Assembly (NCBI GenBank): GCA_963790025.1
Contig: CAWBMP010000004.1
Location: 672,001 to 736,000 of the forward strand
Origin: Nitrospirota bacterium
GTDB lineage: Bacteria; Nitrospirota; Thermodesulfovibrionia; Thermodesulfovibrionales; Dissulfurispiraceae
Reading direction: 5' to 3'
Length of the DNA: 64,000 nucleotides
Shown piece after piece: positions 19,694 through 30,205 of this stretch. Below the pieces are notes generated by a model. That model had not been told where the DNA came from. It saw only the letters and a list, made by a program, of their open reading frames with translations, and ran no database searches. Position 1 is the stretch's first letter. Every line of letters starts with the position of its first letter. The translations under genes were made by a program, and so were the position numbers.

Positions 19694-22438
19694 TCACAAC
19701 CTGTCAATCCTCACCGCGCATGATTTGTATTCGGGGGTGCCTGTAATCGGGTCCCTGAATCCTGAAGTCAGTAGGTTTGAAAGCGCATCTCTATGATGGA
19801 AGGTCAGAAATACATTGCCGGTCTGTAAGCGGTCTGATACCTTTATCTTTACCTTTATTTCACCCCTTCTCGAGGATACTTTGACCCATCCGGCGTTCTC
19901 TATGCCCAGTGCTGAAGCGTCTTCCGAACTGATCTCAAGCAGTTCTTCAGGGACTATCTCTGCAATCCCTCTGCACCGCATTGTCATTGAGCCGTTGTTA
20001 TAATGCTCACGTATCCTGCCGGTTATGAGCACTAATGGGTATTCCTGGTCCGGCACTTCGCCTGAACCTATGTGGTCGAGGACCATGAATTTCGCCAGGC
20101 CTCCCGGTCTTGAGAACAAGTCCGAGTACAATGTAGTTGTGCCCGGATGGTCTTTTGTCGGACACGGCCACTGTATGCCCTGTTTTTCAATGCGGCGATA
20201 ACTTATCCCGCCGTAAATCGTGACAAGACTTGCGATTTCGTCCATGATCTCCGATGGATGATTGTAATGCATTGGATAACCCATCAGGGTGGAAAGCCGC
20301 GAGATGACCTGCCATTCGGCCATTCCTGACAGCGGTTCGATTGCCTTTCTGACACGCTGCACCCTGCGTTCACCATTAGTGAATGTGCCGTCCTTTTCAG
20401 CAAAACTTGCGCCGGGGAGAATCACATCAGCAAACTTCGTGGTCTCGGTATGGAATATGTCCTGGACAACGAGGAATTCGACCGCTTCAAGCGCCCCACG
20501 CACATGGTGGAGATCGGCATCCGTCTGTGCCGGGTCCTCGCCGAGTATGAATATGCCCTTAAACTTCCCCCTCCGGCATTCATCGAGCATCTCAACGGAT
20601 TTAAGTCCCGGCCTGGGATCTATTTTTACACCCCATGCCTTTTCAAATTTAGCGCGCACTTCCGGACTTGTTACGGATTGATATCCCGGAAGAGTAGCAG
20701 GCAGTGGACCCAGGTCGGAAGCGCCCTGGACATTGTTCTGTCCTCTGAGGGCCATAATGCCTGTTGACGGCCTGCCGAGATGTCCGCAGACAAGTGCAAG
20801 GTTCGCAATTGCCATCGCATTCTCTGTGCCGGTCCGGTGTTCGGTAATGCCGAGACCATAAACGATCATCGCTTTTCCTGCATGCGAATACAGCCGTGCC
20901 GCTTCGATTATCTTTTCTTTTGAAACTCCGGTAAGAATCTCGACCCTGTCGAGATCATACTCTGCTACCTTTGCCTTGAGTTCTTCAAACCCTTCTGTCC
21001 TTTTGGCGATAAAATCCCTGTTTTCCCAGCCGTTCTCCAATATCACATTGACGAGGCCGTTCAACATTGCTATATTGCTGCCGGGCTTAAGGTTAAGCCA
21101 GACGTCGGCCCGATTGGCCATCCAGGTCTTTCTCGGGTCTCCGACAATAAGCTTTGCACCGTTGCGCAATCCTTTTTTAAGCCAGAGGGAAATGATCGGA
21201 TGGCCTTCCGTCGGATTCGAGCCGAACAAAAACAGGGCATCCAGGTCCGCCATCTGGCTTAATGAATTGGTGGAAGCTCCTGCTCCGAGGCTTGTGGCCA
21301 GACCGGCCACAGTGGGCGCGTGTCAGACCCGGGCGCAGTTGTCCACATTATTGGAACCGACTGCGCATCTGACCCATTTAGAAAGCAGATAATTCTCCTC
21401 ATTCGTACAGCGCGACGAGGAAAAGCCGCCTACCTTTTCAGGGCCGTATTTATCTATGAGTTCCCTGAATTTCGAGGCAACAAGATTGAGCGCCTCGTCC
21501 CATGTCGCCTCGCGAAAACACTTGCCTTCTTTTATCAGCGGCGTCCTAATTCTGTCGTCGCTGTGAATGAACTCGTAGCCGTATCTTCCCTTTATGCAGA
21601 GGTTGCCCCTGTTCACCGGGGCCTCATAGTCCGATGTCACTTTGACAACTCTGTCGTTCTTCACGTTCAAAAAGAAGTTGCAGCCGGTCCCGCAGTATGT
21701 ACAGGTGGTCTTCACCTGTTTCATCTGATATTTGCGTCCCTTGCCCCTGCCCCTCCTGTCAGTCAACGCAGCAGTCGGGCACGTGGAAACACATTGTCCG
21801 CAGAACTCGCAGTTCTCGAGAGAGCGGGGTTTCCGGAATGCCGTGTCCGGGAGCGCATCAAAACCCCTTCCGGTAATTTCGATAGTCCCGGCCATCACAA
21901 CATCGTTGCATATCCTTGTACACCGGCCGCACACTATGCACTTGTTCGGCTCATAGGTTATAAAGGGGTTGTCCTCCCTTACAGGCAGGTCCCACTTCTC
22001 GCCCCTCAAGTCGGCTGAATTTAACTCAGTATTCGCGGCAGGACTCCCATGGTCAGCCCCGTATTCATACACAATGTCCTGAAGCTGGCAGTCGCCTGTC
22101 TTTTCGCAATGAGGGCAATCGAAGGGGTGGTTGGAGAGAATCAGCGCTAGATTCGTTTTTCTCAACTCAGTAAGTGTTTCGCTCTCGGTTATGACCTCCA
22201 TGCCGTCCACGACAGGAGTTGTACAGGAAGAAAGAGGTCTGTCGGACCCCTTCACTTCAACAAGGCAGAGCCTGCAGCCGCCATACGGCTCAAGGCGCTT
22301 GTCATAGCACAACGTCGGAATCTTTATGTTCGTATCCCTGCATACATCAAGGATGGTTTTTCCGCTCTCGCAGGATACAGCGGCGTTATTTATTTTGATT
22401 GTGATCAGCTTTTCGGATGTCTGTGTTATCAAATTCAT
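19694..22438 (-). CDS. fdhF: Selenocysteine-containing formate dehydrogenase alpha subunit (cytoplasmic, N-terminal 2Fe-2S/4Fe-4S), 914 aa
   Basis: ORFs 21323-22438 and 19694-21310 share one frame, joined by TGA in DNCARV-U-HAPTVAGL. Also CTYCGTGC and LRGQNNVQG; SECIS hairpin follows the TGA. Confidence 0.95.
21293..21311 (-). promoter_or_regulatory. Bacterial SECIS element
   Basis: TGTGGCC-GGTCT-GGCCACA, a perfect 7-bp stem starting 11 nt after the UGA (21323-21325). Confidence 0.9.
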
Positions 22439-22452
22439 TCTCCTCTATATTA

Positions 22453-22599
22453 AGTACTTAAATTCATAAATACGGTTGCATTTGATCACCGCTGCATCCG
22501 TTCCAACTTCGATGCACTCCTTCGCCGTACTTGATGGTACGCCTCAGTCCTGCGCATCGCCGCTCTCGGTGCGACGCCGTATCCATGAGCTGAAGTACT
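22453..22599. repeat. ~147-bp hairpin-shaped interspersed-repeat-like element
   Basis: Terminal IR agtacttaaattcataaatacgg / ccgtatccatgagctgaagtact (18/23); inner CGATGC/GCATCG and CGTAC-ttgatg-GTACG stems. Confidence 0.6.
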
Positions 22600-22790
22600 G
22601 AGATTGGCACATTCCCGTATATTAAATAGGAGAATCCCGGCAGTCAAACTCATAATATTCATGTTACTGATGAATCACGTTCATGGAGAAGATAAATGAT
22701 ATAGACTTGCTTTCCATAGATAAAAAGACTAATCTTTAATACGGAGACCCGTTTCTTAAGAACGCTATCTTTAACTGAGGAGGACCCGCT

Positions 22791-23597
22791 ATGCCGCAAG
22801 AGAAAGCAAGCCTCATCATCGCATCTACGACAAGCACTCTGAACTCTGGACTTTTCGACATACTGATCCCGGCTTATGAGAAATCCAGTAAGTATGGCGT
22901 AAAAGTGGAGATTGTCGCAGTGGGCACGGGAAAGGCGATCAGGATCGCTAAAAAAGGCGAGGCCGATATGCTCTTCGTTCACGATCCTTTCCGGGAGGAG
23001 AAATTTATTGCCGAAGGTTACGGAGTCAATAGAAGGGCTGTAATGCACAATGATTTTGTCATTCTCGGCCCTAAAAATGACCCTGCAAAGATCAAAAATG
23101 TGAAGACAGCGGTAGAGGCATTCGAGGACATAGCCGACAAGGGCGCCCCCTTTATATCGAGAGGCGATGACTCCGGTACCAACATAAAAGAGCTTGACAT
23201 ATGGGATGATACGGGAATCAATCCGAAGGGCAAGGGCTGGTACTTTGAAAGCGGGACCAAAATGGGGGACACATTAACGATGGCGCATCAGAGCAAGGCC
23301 TATACCATCTCCGACATTGGAACATTCCTCAATTATGAAACGAGGATAGACCTGAGGATCCTTTTCAGGGGAGACCCGATCCTGAAAAATTATTATAGTG
23401 TCATTGCAGTGAGCCCGGAGAGGTTCCCGGAGATCAAGTACAGGGAAGCTATGGCTTTTATTGCCTTTGTTACATCTCCCGAAGGGCAAAAGATTATAGC
23501 GGCCTACGTAAAGCACGGCATAAACCTTTTTTATCCTGATGCAGTCCCATCTGTAATGCACAAAAAACAAGCTGCCGGGAAAAAGAAAGCAAAGTGA
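22791..23597 (+). CDS. TupA-like tungstate-binding protein lacking a signal peptide
   Basis: ASTTSTLNSGL, VGTGKA, FVHD, SRGDDSGT, NYYSVIAV; GAGGAGG RBS before MPQEKASLII. Confidence 0.85.
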   Translation: MPQEKASLIIASTTSTLNSGLFDILIPAYEKSSKYGVKVEIVAVGTGKAIRIAKKGEADMLFVHDPFREEKFIAEGYGVNRRAVMHNDFVILGPKNDPAKIKNVKTAVEAFEDIADKGAPFISRGDDSGTNIKELDIWDDTGINPKGKGWYFESGTKMGDTLTMAHQSKAYTISDIGTFLNYETRIDLRILFRGDPILKNYYSVIAVSPERFPEIKYREAMAFIAFVTSPEGQKIIAAYVKHGINLFYPDAVPSVMHKKQAAGKKKAK

Positions 23598-23695
23598 CTT
23601 CACCTGAAATACCTGAAAAGTAATTCGCATCCCGAAAAAAGGATTACTTGGTCCCTGCCTGATATGATTTTAGTGTTGAATGAGGGATGTTGGAT

Positions 23696-23712
23696 TTGGC
23701 ACGCAAGATGCT
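23696..23712 (+). promoter_or_regulatory. Sigma54 (-24/-12) promoter
   Basis: TTGGCACGCAAGATGCT, about 55 nt upstream of the 23768 ATG. Confidence 0.75.
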
Positions 23713-23767
23713 ATGATAGAAAATTAAGGCATTATGCCTGATAAATTTTTCCCAGGGGAGGAATTAG

Positions 23768-24022
23768 ATGAAAAGAATTCTCGCAGTAGTTGTCATTGCC
23801 ATACTTCTTGTCGGCGGCACAGTCGGTATTTGTACAGCCGACGAGCCTCATATGAGGGCCGCTCTCGAACGTCTAAAGGAAGCAAGGGCACAGTTGGAGA
23901 AAGCCGCACCTAACAAGGGAGGGCACAGGGAAAAAGCGATTGAACTCATCAACCACGCTATTGAACAGGTAAAAGCAGGCATTCAGTTCAGTGAACGCGG
24001 TGAACACCACGAGAAATATTAG
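23768..24022 (+). CDS. Small secreted helical protein (SmbP-like 'NKGGHR' family)
   Basis: Signal peptide, then EPHMRAALERLKEARAQLEKAAPNKGGHREKAIELI; His-rich tail. Confidence 0.8.
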   Translation: MKRILAVVVIAILLVGGTVGICTADEPHMRAALERLKEARAQLEKAAPNKGGHREKAIELINHAIEQVKAGIQFSERGEHHEKY

Positions 24023-24031
24023 GAGGCCTTC

Positions 24032-24286
24032 ATGAACAAAAAGACCATCCGGGCCTTTGTTATCAGCTCACTATTAATTGGCTTAATGGCAGGATGCGCC
24101 GGCCCCCAGGTTGTTCATCAACCCCGAATGGAAGCTGCCCTGGAAGATTTAAGAGCGGCAAAGGAGGAGTTGGAGAGGGCTGCACCCAATAAGGGAGGGC
24201 ACAGGGAAAGGGCGATTGAATTGATCGATCGTGCTATAGAACAGGTAAAAGAAGGGATAGAGGCCGGAGAAAGGTACGTTAGATAA
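24032..24286 (+). CDS. Lipoprotein paralog of the preceding small protein
   Basis: LMAGC lipobox; QPRMEAAL...AAPNKGGHRERAIELI. Confidence 0.8.
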   Translation: MNKKTIRAFVISSLLIGLMAGCAGPQVVHQPRMEAALEDLRAAKEELERAAPNKGGHRERAIELIDRAIEQVKEGIEAGERYVR

Positions 24287-24299
24287 TTATGCTAAAGAC

Positions 24300-24324
24300 G
24301 AGGGGGCCCTTCTGCGGGCCCCTC
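24300..24324 (+). terminator. GC-rich hairpin, probable terminator
   Basis: gagggggccc-ttctgc-gggcccctc just after the 24286 stop. Confidence 0.55.
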
Positions 24325-24412
24325 TATTATGGACCTGGAACTGATGGGGTCCCGCGGCTGATCTGATTTCAAATTAATTCTGAGGCCGGGGTCCTTTTCC
24401 GCAAATCCGGGA

Positions 24413-26023
24413 TTACTTTTTCTTCCAGTAGGGGCTGGATAAATCTTCAAAAGCCGATATAGCAGCAACAGAACCCTGCCCTACGGCAGTAGCTATCTGC
24501 TTTACCCCTCCAGTCACATCACCTGCCGCATAGACCATATGCATAGAGGTCCTCTGCCCACTGTCGGCTTTGATATATCCATCCTTGTCCATCGAAAGGT
24601 CAAGCATCCCTGCAATCTCATTGTTGGGGGTGTAACCGATCGAGATAAAGACTCCATCCAGACGCATTTCTTTGAGGGACCCATCCTTAAGGTTTTTAAG
24701 CCTCACCGCATCTACGTGGTCTTTTCCATAAATCCTGTCAACCACCGTGTTCCACAATATAGGGATCTTTCTCTCGGTCAGGCTCTTTTGGAGAAAGGCT
24801 TCAGCCCTTAAAGCAGGACCACGGTGAACGATGGATACATTCGCACCAATACTGTTCAGGTACAGCGCGTCGGTTGCAGCGGAGTTCCCGCCGCCCACTA
24901 TGATCAGCTTCCCGTTGTCCTTGAAAAAATAACCGTCGCAGGTTGAGCAATAACTTACACCTCTGCCGAACAGGGCTTTTTCTCCTGGGGCATCCAGCTT
25001 CTTATGCTCGGCGCCGGTAACAAGTATAATGCCTTTGGTCCTGAACATCCTCCTGGTTGTTTTCAGCTCGAATATGTCATTTATTTTTTTGACATCCACT
25101 ACGCCTTCACTTTCAAAGATATAAGTGTATTGCAGTGCCTGCTGGTACATTATATCTACCAGGTTCTTTCCCCCTATCTGGCTGTAGCCGGGATAATTTT
25201 CAACAATAGGCGTTATGAGCACCTGTCCGCCTACTGTCGCCTTTTCGATAACGGCGGTTTTCAAGCCGCTCCTGCCGGCATAAATGCCGGCAGCAAGTCC
25301 ACCCGGCCCGCCTCCGACGATTGCTATATCCAGGTCCACAACATCCCCGGAAAATAAGGCTGACATGAACTCAGCGGATTTCAGGCTGATGATCTCCTCG
25401 ACAAACGACTCGGGAGGCCGCACGCCGGTGCCTATCGGCACTTCATTTATGACCGTAAAGGGAACGGTAAGTATATGGTATTTATCCACGTAGTCCCTGT
25501 TCTCGTACATTTCGATCACTTCAACCGTAATGAGATCGGGCAACGCGATAGCGGCTGAAATGGCAACCAGAGCGTGCTGCGGACAGTAAGGACAGGAAGG
25601 GGACACAAAGACCTGGATATGCCTGGGCTCCTTCAATTCAAAGAGCCTTTTCAATGCCTGGTCGGGAATTATACTGCCGTTATTCGAGGCAAGAATAACG
25701 GCCATTATCAGGGTGCGCCCTTCTTCTCCGACAGGAGAGCCGACATAGCTGATTTTGAATTTGCCGGGGCTTATAAGGATAGTTGGAGAGCGGGTAATCC
25801 CTTTCCGCTTTGCCTCCTCACTTTCCAGCGTGAAAAAGCGCACCTTTATCTTATCCGTAAGCTCGGCGATTCCTGTGAGGAGCAAAGCGGTCGCCTCGTT
25901 GAACTGGTTAGACTCTTTGTTAAGAAACACCTCTATCTCAACAATATCTTTCAGTTGCTTGAATGTATCCCGGAGTACCTTTTTTGTTTCCTCAGGTAGT
26001 ATTACCTCGGACTTATTTTCCAC
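24413..26023 (-). CDS. AhpF-like fusion: thioredoxin-fold domain plus thioredoxin-disulfide reductase
   Basis: CPYC in the N-terminal domain; GGGPGG, ENYPG, GVSYCSTCDG, GGGNSA, AAGDVTG. Confidence 0.9.
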   Translation of the reverse strand: MENKSEVILPEETKKVLRDTFKQLKDIVEIEVFLNKESNQFNEATALLLTGIAELTDKIKVRFFTLESEEAKRKGITRSPTILISPGKFKISYVGSPVGEEGRTLIMAVILASNNGSIIPDQALKRLFELKEPRHIQVFVSPSCPYCPQHALVAISAAIALPDLITVEVIEMYENRDYVDKYHILTVPFTVINEVPIGTGVRPPESFVEEIISLKSAEFMSALFSGDVVDLDIAIVGGGPGGLAAGIYAGRSGLKTAVIEKATVGGQVLITPIVENYPGYSQIGGKNLVDIMYQQALQYTYIFESEGVVDVKKINDIFELKTTRRMFRTKGIILVTGAEHKKLDAPGEKALFGRGVSYCSTCDGYFFKDNGKLIIVGGGNSAATDALYLNSIGANVSIVHRGPALRAEAFLQKSLTERKIPILWNTVVDRIYGKDHVDAVRLKNLKDGSLKEMRLDGVFISIGYTPNNEIAGMLDLSMDKDGYIKADSGQRTSMHMVYAAGDVTGGVKQIATAVGQGSVAAISAFEDLSSPYWKKK

Positions 26024-26075
26024 TCTTTTCTCCTTAAATTACTCAACCCTGGTTTAAAATATAGTATAATTATAC

Positions 26076-27005
26076 ATGCTAAAAGTCGGTTTTGCCTATG
26101 ACCCTGTTTTTTTGAAACATGTTACTCCTCTGGGACACCCTGAGTCTAGAGAGCGACTGATAGCCGTAACCGGCGGCCTTGAGCGGGCTCCCTTCTGGAA
26201 GGACCTTGTCCGGATAGCCCCGTCAAAAGCCGAGCATAGCGACATTGCGCTTGTGCATACGGATAGCTACATCAATAAAGTGATAAATTTTGGTACGGGC
26301 CACCTCGATCCCGACACGTATATGTCCGAGGGCAGCCTTGAAGCAGCGCTTTACGCCGCCGGCGCAGTAATAGAGGCTGTCGAGAAATGCAAATCAGGAA
26401 AGATACTGCGGGCCTTTTGTGCAGTGAGGCCTCCCGGACACCATGCGGAGGCACACCGTGGTATGGGGTTCTGTATCTTTAATAATGTTGCTATCGGCGC
26501 CCGGTATGCGCAACAGGCGGGGTATGAAAGGGTATTTATTATTGATTTCGATGTCCATCACGGCAATGGAACACAACATATTTTTGAAGAGGACGATACC
26601 GTTTTTTATTTCAGCACCCATCAATCCCCTCACTACCCGGGCACCGGCAGCAAAACCGAGCGGGGAAAAGGCAGGGGCGAGGGATATACATATAATTTGA
26701 CCATGCCCCACGGTTCCGGTGACAAGGAGTTTTTCCATGCATATTGTGAAGTGCTTCCAGGGTTGGTGAAGGCCTTTGCCCCCGACATTCTCCTCGTCTC
26801 TGCCGGATACGATATACATGTAAATGACCCGCTCGCTGGTTTACGGGTAACCGATGAGGGCATACGCGCTATTGTTTCCTGTATTCTCTCATCCCCTGTT
26901 TCGGCGCATATACCGGCTATATTTTCACTTGAAGGCGGTTATAACATTACCGCGCTCGGCAATTCGGTACGTATAACGATGGAAGAATTGCTGCGCACAA
27001 AATAA
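26076..27005 (+). CDS. Histone deacetylase family protein
   Basis: [33 protein letters not shown]. Confidence 0.95.
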   Translation: MLKVGFAYDPVFLKHVTPLGHPESRERLIAVTGGLERAPFWKDLVRIAPSKAEHSDIALVHTDSYINKVINFGTGHLDPDTYMSEGSLEAALYAAGAVIEAVEKCKSGKILRAFCAVRPPGHHAEAHRGMGFCIFNNVAIGARYAQQAGYERVFIIDFDVHHGNGTQHIFEEDDTVFYFSTHQSPHYPGTGSKTERGKGRGEGYTYNLTMPHGSGDKEFFHAYCEVLPGLVKAFAPDILLVSAGYDIHVNDPLAGLRVTDEGIRAIVSCILSSPVSAHIPAIFSLEGGYNITALGNSVRITMEELLRTK

Positions 27006-27063
27006 TTAAGCGTTGCTTTTAAACATCCTATACCCTTAAATCCAAGTTGAGTTACAATATAAT

Positions 27064-27873
27064 ATGTGCGAATTTTGTACTGAACATGGAGATGGCCGCA
27101 TATGGTATAGGAACTCGACGAACTATGCCCAGGACCTTGTATCGGACCTCAACCGTCGAAAATACATAGAACGTTTTTTTGAGACGACAATAAAAAATGG
27201 TTTCCAGACGCTCGGTCGGCTGGAGGTCCTGTTCAGAAAAAAGGGCCGTCTGCCCGGCTCATTAAAAAGAGCGATGGAAGAAAGGGCCCGGATTGAACAC
27301 TTCGGGCAGGTACTTCCGATTGAGGAAATCAGGGATTTGATAATGAGGGCCGGTACGGTAGTTCGAATGCCTTGCGCCTGCCTGTGGACGGCCCGGAAAG
27401 AAGAGAAAAGGTGTTGTTACGGGATCGCTTTCGGCACCGAGCCCTGGTACTCCAACGTTGACATGAGCTACTTCGGGAAGGCGCCTGACGCGGGACTTGA
27501 AGCGCTGACAAAAGAAAAAGCGATAGAACAGATGGAGGAGATGGAAGAAAACGGGGCCATCCATACTATCTGGACGCTGATGACACCATTTATCGGGAGC
27601 GTCTGCAACTGCTCTCTAGACGGGTGTCTTGGCCTGCGCACATTGTCGGGTATCGGTGTGGAAACCATGGCGCGGGCTGAATTCTCAGCCCGGGTGGATG
27701 AAGGGCTGTGCGCCGGGTGCGGTGATTGCATGCCCCGCTGCCAGTTCGATGCCATTAGTGCCAAACATGAAAACGGCAGAGACATCGCGGTCATCGAACC
27801 CGGCAAGTGTTTCGGTTGCGGACTGTGCCGGAAGGCATGCTATGCAGGGGCTATTTCGCTGCAATTGAGATAG
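27064..27873 (+). CDS. 4Fe-4S dicluster protein with N-terminal MCEFCxEHG motif
   Basis: CAGCGDCMPRC and CFGCGLCRKAC, plus extra CAC, CC and CNC. Confidence 0.85.
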   Translation: MCEFCTEHGDGRIWYRNSTNYAQDLVSDLNRRKYIERFFETTIKNGFQTLGRLEVLFRKKGRLPGSLKRAMEERARIEHFGQVLPIEEIRDLIMRAGTVVRMPCACLWTARKEEKRCCYGIAFGTEPWYSNVDMSYFGKAPDAGLEALTKEKAIEQMEEMEENGAIHTIWTLMTPFIGSVCNCSLDGCLGLRTLSGIGVETMARAEFSARVDEGLCAGCGDCMPRCQFDAISAKHENGRDIAVIEPGKCFGCGLCRKACYAGAISLQLR

Positions 27874-27901
27874 GATACCACTGCCGTTACGGGATATCAT
27901 T

Positions 27902-28768
27902 TCAATTATACGTCACAATCAGGACAAAACCGGTGAACATCAAAGCAGCGCCAAGCAGCCTCTCCCTTATCCCGTGCTCTTTAAAGAACAGGTGGCCGTA
28001 GAAAACCCCAATTAAGAGGCTCAGCCGCTTTACTGAAATCATATAGGCAACCTTCGTAAGGCCCATGGCCATCATTGCGGTCACATTCATGACAGAATCG
28101 AGCATGCCCGGAAGTATTGTCGCACTGATGGCGCCTTTCTTTAATTGTCCACGTGATTTGTAAAGCGCTATGGGCGTAAACAATACGAAGAGGCTGATGT
28201 AATAAATGACGGCGCAAAAAACCGGTGAGGAGTGCTCAATCGCCTTTTTGCCCAACGCGGAAGTGAAGCTGTAAATGAAGGCCACGGCTATCATCATGAG
28301 CGCTCCTTTCTCTTTTTTTATTGCTGCAAACGGCGCCATAATGCCTTCGCTGAATTTACCGATATTGAGAGTATAGCCGCCGGCGGCAATACACAGGACC
28401 CCGAGAGCTCCGGGGAGCGATATCCTCTCGCCGAGGAGAAGATAAGGGACAATTAACAGAAATACAGGGGTCAACGAGAGAAAAGGCAGTGTAAGGCTCA
28501 TGGGAGATGTCTTCAACGCCCTGGTGAATAGTATAAGCGCACATATTTCCAGGGGCAGCGCCGTCAGAACAGTTCTATAAAAGGTCCTGTCGAGAGGCGG
28601 AACAGGTATAAAAAAAAGACAAGACACAAGGAGCGGCAGTGAAAACACGAGCCTTAGCCAGGCGATGAGATACACTTCATGAACAGAGAGCGCCTTTTTT
28701 GTAAGGGCATCACTGGTTGCAAGTAAAAAGGCGGAAGCCAGGGTCAGCGGTATCCACAGGTTGGTCAT
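27902..28768 (-). CDS. EamA/DMT family transporter
   Basis: About 10 TM segments; LLLGERIS, FFKEHG. Confidence 0.88.
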   Translation of the reverse strand: MTNLWIPLTLASAFLLATSDALTKKALSVHEVYLIAWLRLVFSLPLLVSCLFFIPVPPLDRTFYRTVLTALPLEICALILFTRALKTSPMSLTLPFLSLTPVFLLIVPYLLLGERISLPGALGVLCIAAGGYTLNIGKFSEGIMAPFAAIKKEKGALMMIAVAFIYSFTSALGKKAIEHSSPVFCAVIYYISLFVLFTPIALYKSRGQLKKGAISATILPGMLDSVMNVTAMMAMGLTKVAYMISVKRLSLLIGVFYGHLFFKEHGIRERLLGAALMFTGFVLIVTYN

Positions 28769-28792
28769 TTATCTATTGTAAGGCCCCGGCAC

Positions 28793-30019
28793 TTATTCCT
28801 TCACAAGGCCCATCCTGCCGCCTCTCGGAACGATAGTGACACCCGAGGCCTGATCGATATGACAGCGGAAGCGGTCCTTTTCGGGATTGAATCCGATTTG
28901 TTCGCTGTCTCTGATTACATTTAATTTATCCACGATCACTCTGCGGAGTCTGCACCCTTTCTTTATAGTTACCCGGTCCATGATAATACACTCTTCTACC
29001 GAGACACCGTCCTCAATCGTGACGCCGCTGTGGATGATGGAATTTTGTATCTCAGCTTTCCCGATGATAGACCCTTCTGCGATCAGGCTGTTCTTTATCT
29101 GAGCGTCAAATATCCTGGTCGACGGTCCTTCGTACCCGGAAGGATGAATAGGCCACTGGATGTTATGAGTATCAAAAGGCGGTGTTTCACTCATTAAATC
29201 CATATGGGCGTTGAAATAAGCAGCTATAGACCCCACATCACGCCAGTAGCCCTTTTCCTCGTAAGGTTTCGTCCCTGGAATAGCATTGGTCGCAAAGTCA
29301 TATGCAAAAACCTTTCCTGTGCCGACCATACTGGGGATGATATGGGCGCCAAAGTCATGTTCCTTTTTTTGCCGGGCTTTCACAAGAACATCAATAAGAA
29401 CATCAGTCTTGAATATGTAGTTGCCCATAGACACAAATGCCCTCGAAGTGTCACCGGGCATTGATGCCGGATTTTTAGGTTTCTCCTGGAATCCCGTGAT
29501 GCGGTTATCAGTATCCGTCACGATTACGCCAAAATCCGAAGCCTGTAAGAGCGGCACAGGACGTGCAGCAACCGTCACATAGGCGTCGTTGCTCAGATGA
29601 AAGTCTATCATCTGTCTTATATCCATCCTGTAGATGTGATCGGCCCCGAAAATGATCACAAGGTCCGTATTGTGGTCCTTGATAAGATTAATATTTTGAC
29701 TGACCGCATCCGAAGTGCCCTGGAACCACTCGGGCCCCACACTCATCTGCGGGGGAACAACAGCGACAAAATGGTCCTTTACGATAGAGGAGAAACTCCA
29801 GTGCTGCCTGACATGCTCGATGAGGGACTGGGATTTGTATTGGACAAGAAGATAGATTGAATAGATATGAGAGTTAACGAAATTGCTCAGCACGAAGTCG
29901 ACGATGCGATACCTGCCCCCGAACGGGACCGCCGGCTTGGAGCGAAACACTGTAAGCGGGAAGAGCCGTTCCCCTTTCCCTCCGGCAAGAATTAAAGCAA
30001 GGACCTTCGGATGTGCCAT
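28793..30019 (-). CDS. glgC: Glucose-1-phosphate adenylyltransferase
   Basis: [45 protein letters not shown]. Confidence 0.96.
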   Translation of the reverse strand: MAHPKVLALILAGGKGERLFPLTVFRSKPAVPFGGRYRIVDFVLSNFVNSHIYSIYLLVQYKSQSLIEHVRQHWSFSSIVKDHFVAVVPPQMSVGPEWFQGTSDAVSQNINLIKDHNTDLVIIFGADHIYRMDIRQMIDFHLSNDAYVTVAARPVPLLQASDFGVIVTDTDNRITGFQEKPKNPASMPGDTSRAFVSMGNYIFKTDVLIDVLVKARQKKEHDFGAHIIPSMVGTGKVFAYDFATNAIPGTKPYEEKGYWRDVGSIAAYFNAHMDLMSETPPFDTHNIQWPIHPSGYEGPSTRIFDAQIKNSLIAEGSIIGKAEIQNSIIHSGVTIEDGVSVEECIIMDRVTIKKGCRLRRVIVDKLNVIRDSEQIGFNPEKDRFRCHIDQASGVTIVPRGGRMGLVKE

Positions 30020-30099
30020 ATAAACCTCCCCCCGGCCCACTCACGCAGCCACTTTAATTATAGCAGACAAAATAGAGGCGGGGCTTGCAGCAAGAAAAA

Positions 30100-30199
30100 T
30101 ATGCAATATGCAGTAAGCAGCAAAGGACAATTAAAAAGACTTATAATTCAATTTCCAAACTTTTTCTTTCGCTGCTTACTGCCTGCTCCTTACTGCTTA
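30100..30199. repeat. Inverted heptamer repeat hairpin (TAAGCAG / CTGCTTA)
   Basis: tatgcaa tatgcag taagcag ... ctgctta ctgcctg ctcctta ctgctta, between leuC and glgC. Confidence 0.75.
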
Positions 30200-30205
30200 C
30201 TTTTC

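Noticed and set aside
21323..21325. Nonsense mutation making fdh a pseudogene
   Set aside because: The UGA is at the catalytic Sec position and is followed by a SECIS hairpin
22600..22790. Moco/Wco riboswitch upstream of the tupA-like or fdh gene
   Set aside because: I could not find the motif's conserved elements by eye
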